A DNA stretch of 64,000 bases from Sedimentisphaerales bacterium (GTDB lineage: Bacteria > Planctomycetota > Phycisphaerae > Sedimentisphaerales > Anaerobacaceae), in assembly GCA_963708075.1 (NCBI GenBank), contig OY970194.1, forward strand, positions 1,312,001-1,376,000, in the 5' to 3' direction. The notes below the pieces were generated by a model. It did no database searches. It was not told the DNA's origin and was given only the letters and a program-made list of their open reading frames with translations. The stretch's first letter is position 1; every line of letters begins with the position of its first letter. This document shows, piece after piece, positions 20,277-26,622 of the stretch. The translations under genes and the position numbers were made by a program.

Positions 20277-21113
20277 GGAATTGGCTTTGTTTTGCACAGC
20301 CGGCTCTTTGGCAGGACCGCCCGGCTTGCTGGTTCGATCTTTCCCAAATGCCCCACACGTCCCAAGTTTGGCTTTGTTCCGCATGGCGTGGCGGGCCTCC
20401 AGATTGCCCCATGCAAATTGGCTTTGTTTCACACCCCATGCCTCCCGGCCATTCGGTAGGGTGGGCTCTGCCCACCGCGGGTCCATCGGCGGGAATTGGC
20501 TTCGTTTCTGACCCGGTTCCAACGCATCACTTCTCTCGTAACCTCCTTTCAGGTCAATAGTTAGCGTCGCCACGACCGTCCATTGAATTGGCTTTGTTTG
20601 TCACAGTGGCTCTCACGTTCTTCAATCCGCATTCTGCAATCCGAAATCCGCAACCCCGGGGCTCCTGCCCCGAAATTGGCTTTGTTTGGCAGGGCCGGTC
20701 GTCGCTCCGGGCCGTCTCTGACCGCCTGTTCTCCACATATCACATGTCCCCCAAATTTGGCTTTGTTTCGCACAGTCGCCTCCTGTCGAACCGTCCCGCA
20801 TGCAATACCAATTCTCCCCCAAATATCCCATCCATCCCAGGTTTGGCTTTGTTTTGCGCAACAAGCCGCGCTCGTAGTGACGCCGTAAGGCGTTCGTGGC
20901 GAGGGCCCTTGTCTTCCTCCTATGGAGATTGGCTTTGTTTCGCATCATCGACCAATCAAGCATAACCCCTTTCTCACATAGGATTTCGGCTGATTCCGGT
21001 CCATGTGAATTGGCTTTGTTTCGCACAGCGTACTCCTTGCCTTCAATTCGCATTCCGCAATCCGAAATCCGCAATCGCAGGGCCCTTGGCCCCGAATTGG
21101 CTTTGTTTCGCAT
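20277..21113 (+). repeat. Regularly interspaced direct-repeat array, 11 copies of about (AA/GT/AT)TTGGCTTTGTTT(C)GCA
   Basis: Core TTGGCT starts at 20281, 20368, 20418, 20496, 20588, 20676, 20757, 20843, 20929, 21010, 21097; no credible CDS here. Confidence 0.9.
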
Positions 21114-21222
21114 GACCCGGCGCCCGCTGACGCTGATGTGTGCCTGACCGGTCCCCGGCAGACCTTCGGGGGTGTGGTCGGAATTCGGTGGCGGCGTGTA
21201 GCTGCCGTGTGCGGACCGGGCC

Positions 21223-21509
21223 TCTTTCGTCCCTTACGGGACTGGCTTCTATCCTTGACCTCGGTTTCCCAGCGATGAATCGCTGGGCTATTCTCTATCG
21301 CCCTCCGGGCTTGGACGGCACCCGGACGGATCGATCACCATCCCGCAGGTGTTGCAGCTACTCTCTATCGCCCTGCGGGCGTGGACTGCGCTCCAGTCCT
21401 CTTGCGTCGGTCCATCCGCCCCACAGGGGCGATCGACAATAGCCCACCGTTTCAACGGTGGGTACCGATAGCCAATCCTATCCCAGAGCCCCGCAGGGGC
21501 GAAAGAAGA
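21223..21509. repeat. Inverted pair of ~88-bp triple-hairpin elements (BIME/REPIN-like) with a degenerate partial copy between them
   Basis: 21223-21310 (GTCCC-ttac-GGGAC; CCCAGCGA-tgaa-TCGCTGGG-CTATT; GCCC-tcc-GGGC) matches the reverse complement of 21418-21509 in layout and linker sequence. Confidence 0.75.
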
Positions 21510-21581
21510 CTGGGGGCGCTCCTTTGTCCGGCGGAATCGGAATCCGCCACCGAATGCCGACCGCACCCGACCTTCGGAATC

Positions 21582-21608
21582 TTTGATTTTTGATGTTTGA
21601 TTTTTGAC
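21582..21608 (+). repeat. Heptamer tandem repeat (TTTGATT-like)
   Basis: tttgatt tttgatg tttgatt tttgac. Confidence 0.7.
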
Positions 21609-21761
21609 TTGCCCATGGCTCATACGGGCGTGCCCACAGATCGGCGATACTTGGTCGTAGGACCATATACTAGAGACGCTCGCCGAGCCGGATTGTTCCA
21701 GGAATTTCTGTTGAATAGTGAAATACTTCAGACCTTTTTGCGGTCCTGACCCCGTCTGTTT

Positions 21762-21812
21762 GTAGTGACGCCGCAAGGCGTCTCCTGGATGATGCCCTTG
21801 CGGGCACACTAC
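21762..21812. repeat. Inverted doublet of GTAG-tagged REP hairpins (REPIN-like)
   Basis: GTAGT-GACGCC-GCAA-GGCGTC on +; GTAGTG-TGCCC-GCAA-GGGCA on -. Confidence 0.75.
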
Positions 21813-22182
21813 AAGCGCACCGGCCAAGCCTGTCTCCTGTCCTCCGCCAGAATCCATCTGCCACGTCGGGCAACCTGCCGGTGGATGAGTTTTGCGCGTT
21901 GGGGTCACCAGCATGATAGATCGCTCGCGCAGGCGCCAAGCAACGCCTGGAACAGGGCTCCAGCCCGAGCCATGCTGGAGGCCAAAAGCGGCAAACTCCC
22001 GTCGCGAAGCGACGGAACCGACAGGCCCGCCTCATGACTCTGGGCACAGGCAATCCGCCCGGCCTCGCCCGGACCAGGTCCTGCTCACCTGTCACGACTC
22101 GCTAATCTCTTGTCACGCCGGGACCTCCTGCCTTTCTATCCTGGGGCCTGTCCGGAGAGGGGGAGAAGTGGTCCGGGCGCTC

Positions 22183-22204
22183 GTAGGGTGGGTCCTTGAC
22201 CCAC
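22183..22204 (+). repeat. GTAG-tagged REP-like palindrome
   Basis: GTAGG-GTGGGTC-CTT-GACCCAC; same family as 20456-20476. Confidence 0.7.
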
Positions 22205-22237
22205 GCGGTTATCTTCCTGGAATCCTCGCCCGCCCGC

Positions 22238-22266
22238 TTGACCCGCCCGGCCGGACAAGCTACAAT
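22238..22266 (+). promoter_or_regulatory. Sigma70-type promoter with no full-length downstream gene
   Basis: TTGACC-17 nt-TACAAT. Confidence 0.5.
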
Positions 22267-22459
22267 AGCGGATGACAGTTGGAGCGAATCGCATGGTGGC
22301 AGTGCACGAGACGGACAGAATTAGGAACTTGCCCGGTATGCGTGGGGCAGCGCCCGGTCCATGCTGACGGGCGGGATGCGACGAAATAAGCCGTCCCCCA
22401 GAGTCCGTGAACCAAAAAAGTACCGTACCCGTTTAATTCCCCGGAACTTCCCGAGATAG

Positions 22460-23128
22460 TCACAGCCTGCTCCTGTCCTTTTCTGCTTGCAGGGCGTTCT
22501 CGATCTTTGATAGCTCTTGGTGTGAGTACTCTACCCTGTGGTCGATCTTACCGTTGTCCCCCTGCAACATGTGTCCGATGGTAACAGGCCCAACAGTCCA
22601 CTCGGAATACCATGTGCCGACACCCATGGCTATCCCTGTGCCCCATCGCTCTGGATCTTCGCGATAGGAAGTGGACTGCCAGATTCTCTTGGACTCCACC
22701 GGTTCACCATACTTCTCTCTGAGTTTTGCCTCAATGACTTCAAACTCGGTACAATACCAATTCGCATTTGAATGCTGTGTCAGAAATGAATAGCGCCCTC
22801 GAACGAATGTGTCAGATGCGAAAAGGTAAATGCAGCCTACCTCCAGACCGCCAATGCTGTCGTGAAACCCCATTCCCTTCTCGTTCTCATACATTGGCTC
22901 ACGTGCCTCGGCCTCTTTGATTCTTGCCCTACTGGCACCCCAGGGCACACCCCGGAAAAGGATGGTGTTCGGCTCAGCAACCGCCTTGGCTGCCCAAGTT
23001 CCATCGGTGTAGAGGATAACCCTCATCCCTGAAAATGTGATTGCCTCCTCTCGAACCGTCTTCTCTGTGTCAGCGACGGTGACCATCGTGAGCGACAAGA
23101 CACACAGGCAAATGGCTACGCGAGTCAT
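22460..23128 (-). CDS. Hypothetical exported protein
   Basis: Signal peptide MTRVAICLCVLSLTMVTVA; FRGVPWGAS and LREKYGEP motifs; AT-richer codon usage. Confidence 0.7.
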   Translation of the reverse strand: MTRVAICLCVLSLTMVTVADTEKTVREEAITFSGMRVILYTDGTWAAKAVAEPNTILFRGVPWGASRARIKEAEAREPMYENEKGMGFHDSIGGLEVGCIYLFASDTFVRGRYSFLTQHSNANWYCTEFEVIEAKLREKYGEPVESKRIWQSTSYREDPERWGTGIAMGVGTWYSEWTVGPVTIGHMLQGDNGKIDHRVEYSHQELSKIENALQAEKDRSRL

Positions 23129-23191
23129 GCATTCTGCTCCTTCCCTCGTCATTTCGTATTTCCCAGCGGGCACGATGCAGAAGGGCACCCG

Positions 23192-24115
23192 CTACTTTGC
23201 GTAGAACGGCTCTATTTCAGGTGGTTGGTATGTAGCGTACTCAACTCCGTCCGCTACGGTCATAAGCCCTCTCAGGCTTTCGCGGGCACCCTCTACCTCG
23301 TGGAGTTTCGGCATATGAAGGTCGAATGGCATCTGTGGGGAGATGCCAATAACCTGAGTCAACATTGCCCGAATAAACGCGCTGTCATGGTCAGGACACA
23401 CTATGGCCGACTCGCCAGCGGCTCGGGCGAAGTAGTAATTGAGGACATGAGCCTCACCCCTTTCCAATTGCATGGCTGTATGCGAAGGATTGCCGGGCGT
23501 TATGTCCTCATAAGGATTCCAGTCATCTGGCATAGAGCAGGCGACGAAGCAGCACCGAGGACTGAGCGGGTAGTAGAGGACTGACTTAGGCGATATTAGA
23601 AAACCGGTCACGTATACGGGATTATCTGTTCTGATGAAGAAGTCATCAGGGTGCGCAACCAAGATGGTCCAGTCTCTTCCAGCAACCTCGCGAAGGTCCA
23701 GGCACTCCTCGCAGCCGACACGATCATGCGATGGTTGCTCCCTTACACCTGTGAGTTGCTTTGCAGTCTCCTCGTAGCGCATGAACGTTGGCGTACGCAC
23801 AAACTGGGAACGAAGGAACTGCGACCACTTAAGACGCGATTGTGCATCTAGTGACCGCCCGCGGAGCAGTGCGTCATAGATGAGCGATGCAGGGGTCTCC
23901 AACTCGTGGTGGAGCGCATATTCGACACGATCCGTGTACAGTCTGCGCAGGCGACCCCACTGCCTCCACCCGTTCGCGGTCTGACTCACTCTCCCCTTGT
24001 GATAGTCACGATAATAACAGACATAGTGTTTGTTCGCCGCCCAGTGCTCGTTCGCAAACGCAGGAGAGAAATGGTTGTTATTAACTCGAGGCCACCGCGA
24101 GTTGCACGCACACAT
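23192..24115 (-). CDS. DUF4238-like protein
   Basis: NNHFSPAF N-terminal motif, SQFVRTP, FIRTDNPV...YYPLSPR; start uncertain. Confidence 0.6.
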   Translation of the reverse strand: MCACNSRWPRVNNNHFSPAFANEHWAANKHYVCYYRDYHKGRVSQTANGWRQWGRLRRLYTDRVEYALHHELETPASLIYDALLRGRSLDAQSRLKWSQFLRSQFVRTPTFMRYEETAKQLTGVREQPSHDRVGCEECLDLREVAGRDWTILVAHPDDFFIRTDNPVYVTGFLISPKSVLYYPLSPRCCFVACSMPDDWNPYEDITPGNPSHTAMQLERGEAHVLNYYFARAAGESAIVCPDHDSAFIRAMLTQVIGISPQMPFDLHMPKLHEVEGARESLRGLMTVADGVEYATYQPPEIEPFYAK

Positions 24116-24392
24116 TTCTGTTCTTCTCCCAACAGTTACTTGAATTGGGGACAACCGCCGAGTGTCGCCTTGCTCTGTCCTGTTTTACCCGACACTTGGA
24201 CTGGCACAACCATCCAACTCATCTTGACCTCAGCGGGTGCGCCCAACGTAGCGGAACCGCCAACCACTTCGTCGCCGCTTCATCAAGTATCACGAAATGG
24301 GTCGAGGGAGGCAAGAGAAAACGCAGGGCAGCCCGGCGTGGAAATTCGAAATTCCAGGCCGGGGAGGAAGGAGGGGCGGATCTGGCGGATCT

Positions 24393-24437
24393 GGGGACAC
24401 AATACTTAATTCTCCACGAAGTAAGTAATGTGTCCTC
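24393..24437. repeat. Imperfect inverted repeat with GGGGACA end
   Basis: GGGGACACAATACTTA...TAAGTAATGTGTCCTC (14/16 complementary). Confidence 0.7.
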
Positions 24438-24552
24438 GGAATCCCTTTTGAGGCCGGGGCACGCGTGGTAGAATAGTGCATGCGGTACGGACGACCCAAT
24501 GCAATACGCCAACGGAGTGCGGAGAAGAAACACGGTTTCGGAGGACAGAGAG

Positions 24553-25324
24553 ATGAAAGCAATTTATTGGCAGGCCTTTATTCCGCTTATGGCCATTCTG
24601 GCTGTCGCCCCAATTGCTCAGGGCAAGCTGTCGCGCATTCGAGACCCTTGCTGGCACGTTCGAAGTCGGTGGCAGCGTGTATATCGACGACATTTGGGCA
24701 GCCGAATACCCGGAGTTGAATCTGCCATACTCCGACGGTTTTCACGTGGTCGATAGTCAACCGGTATCTGGCTCAGCTCAATACGTATTGCCCGGAACCG
24801 TGGTTCCCTTGGAGGGCGTCTTCTGTGAGGCGAGCTATGAGAGAATCGCCACCATTTATGAGCATGGAGTAATGGTGTTCAGCGACGAGGGTTCTGGGGG
24901 CGTGGCAATTAGCGATTATCTCTTTCGACCACGGCATTCCTCTGTCTATGAAGTGACCTTCAGCGGCTTCTTGACCCCAGTGGGAATGCACATACCGCAC
25001 GATTGGTTCGAATTGTATCTGACCGATACAACTACCGGCGAGGCTCTCATCGATGTCCGTGGGCCGTTCCACGGGCCATGGGCCGAACTATTCAGTTACT
25101 CTTGGGATACAGAGCACGAAGAGACGTTCAAGTTCCGTTTCTTCGATTCACACACGTATCGCCTGAAGATGCTGATTCAACCCTTCTCTACTTTGTGGGA
25201 CAATCCCAGCATAGGCGGTGAAATGAACGTATCAATGAAGCCAATTCCTGCTCCTGGCGCGGCCCTACTTGGTACTCTCGGTGTCAGTCTCGTTGCATGG
25301 CTGCGCAAGCGTCACAGCTTATAG
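24553..25324 (+). CDS. PEP-CTERM-like (IPAPGA) surface protein; +1 frameshift at 24621-24623
   Basis: RBS plus signal peptide MKAIYWQAFIPLMAILAVAPIAQ joins ASCRAFETL if GGG is read as GG; C-terminal PIPAPGAALLGTLGVSLVAWLRKR. Confidence 0.75.
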
Positions 25325-25536
25325 AAGACATCTTACCAGCGAGACCTCAGTACAGGACCGCCGCCGGGATGGCAGTGCTGTCTCGTCTGTGAAGGGAAGA
25401 AAAGAAGGGGTCAAGAAGCTTTGGATTTAGGTGTCGCCAGGAGCTGGCACAGCTTTGGAGAGGATTCGGGGTCAACTCTCGGCGCTTGACGGTCGGCACG
25501 GACTGTCCGAGGTCGGGGTGGGAAGCCGGTCCATAA

Positions 25537-25675
25537 TTGATGATGGATGATTGTTGATTGATGATTGGGAGGAAGAAAGAGGGTATCGCGCAAAGACGCA
25601 GAGAGCGCCAAGAAACGACGAAACGCAGGAGCCTTCTTGAACGGTTTCCTTGGCGTGCTTGGCGTCTTGGTGCGA
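25537..25675. repeat. Heptamer tract plus ~30-bp inverted repeat made of 9-mer units
   Basis: ttgatga tggatga ttgttga ttgatga; 25587-25616 cgcgcaaagacgcagagagcgccaagaaac vs 25644-25675 gtttccttggcgtgcttggcgtcttggtgcga. Confidence 0.7.
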
Positions 25676-25712
25676 GGTAATCACGGTTCCGGCTGGAAGC
25701 CGGGCTGGGCAG

Positions 25713-25952
25713 TCATGGTCTATGCGCTCGGGTCCGACGTTGGCTGTCAGAGGACAAGAGCTTCTTGCGAGTTTTCGGGCCGACCTTTTCGGGCACGACG
25801 GTCTCGGCACACAACGGAGCGAGCAGAGGGTCGCGGAGGACCTCCTCGTGGGTCCTTTGCCGCTTTTGTGCCCAGGTCAAGGCCGCATCTTCTTCATCGA
25901 TCTGTGTTCGCCGCTGGCGCATCCATGCCACGGCGTCAAATCTCTTCTTCAT
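25713..25952 (-). CDS. Small putative antitoxin downstream of a PIN protein
   Basis: MKKRFDAVAWMRQRR; overlaps the PIN gene stop. Confidence 0.6.
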   Translation of the reverse strand: MKKRFDAVAWMRQRRTQIDEEDAALTWAQKRQRTHEEVLRDPLLAPLCAETVVPEKVGPKTRKKLLSSDSQRRTRAHRP

Positions 25953-26406
25953 TGAGCAGCATCTCCTTTGGAGAGCGGATTTCTATCGGCCGATAGCCCT
26001 TCTCCATGCTTACGGCATTGAACAACCGTATTCTACCAAGATTGACGATGTGTTTGAAGTTCCAACTCACCAGGACATCACACTCGCTCACCACGGCCAG
26101 AGCTACGTGCAGGCAATCCGCACGGCTTCCGGGCCCGACGATCCGGTGTTCCAGATAGGCTTCTGCCAAGGCGTAGGCTTCGTCGTTATCCGCCAGGAGG
26201 ATCCGGTGCTCTTGCGGTACTTCCGGCGGTCGTCTACGGACCCGTTCGGGGGCACCCGCCAATTCGCGGAGCGTGTGTTCGGACAGAACCATCACATATC
26301 GGCCTTCGATGAAAAGCCGCCACAAGGTCAGACTGTCTTCGGCAAACTCGACATCGTCACAACCGCCGACGACAGAGGCATCGACATAGACCAGCATCTT
26401 CTTCAT
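25936..26406 (-). CDS. PIN-domain protein (VapC-like toxin)
   Basis: VYVDASVVGG...EL...DCLHVALA...LVSWNFKHIVN; real start MKKML at 26406. Confidence 0.85.
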   Translation of the reverse strand: MKKMLVYVDASVVGGCDDVEFAEDSLTLWRLFIEGRYVMVLSEHTLRELAGAPERVRRRPPEVPQEHRILLADNDEAYALAEAYLEHRIVGPGSRADCLHVALAVVSECDVLVSWNFKHIVNLGRIRLFNAVSMEKGYRPIEIRSPKEMLLNEEEI

Positions 26407-26622
26407 CTGCCTGCTCACAGTCCATACTGTACGCCACCTTGGAGCGGTCTGCAAGAGTCTGCCACTGTGTTTCGGATTTCCTGCTTTGTGCTTTCTTGCT
26501 GGTGTGTCCTGTGTACTGCGGCGTGGGATGGCGTATAATGGCGCCGGAAGTATGGTTGTGGAACAGGTTGATATACGCGGCGTGCGGGGCGGCTTGGCCC
26601 GGCGGCTGCGGGATCGGGGCCG

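Noticed and set aside
20277..21113. Calling the array a CRISPR
   Set aside because: The repeat is too short and variable, spacers are ~65-75 nt and related to each other, and no leader or cas genes were recognised.
18924..21147. ORFs through the array (NKAN/TKPN/LALF-repeat peptides, including the 549-aa minus-strand ORF)
   Set aside because: Repeat periods are often not multiples of 3, so the motif hops frames. The long ORF is mostly antisense to panE.
22420..25480. Classical integron
   Set aside because: No intI gene and no recognisable attC (RYYYAAC...GTTRRRY) structures at the gene ends.
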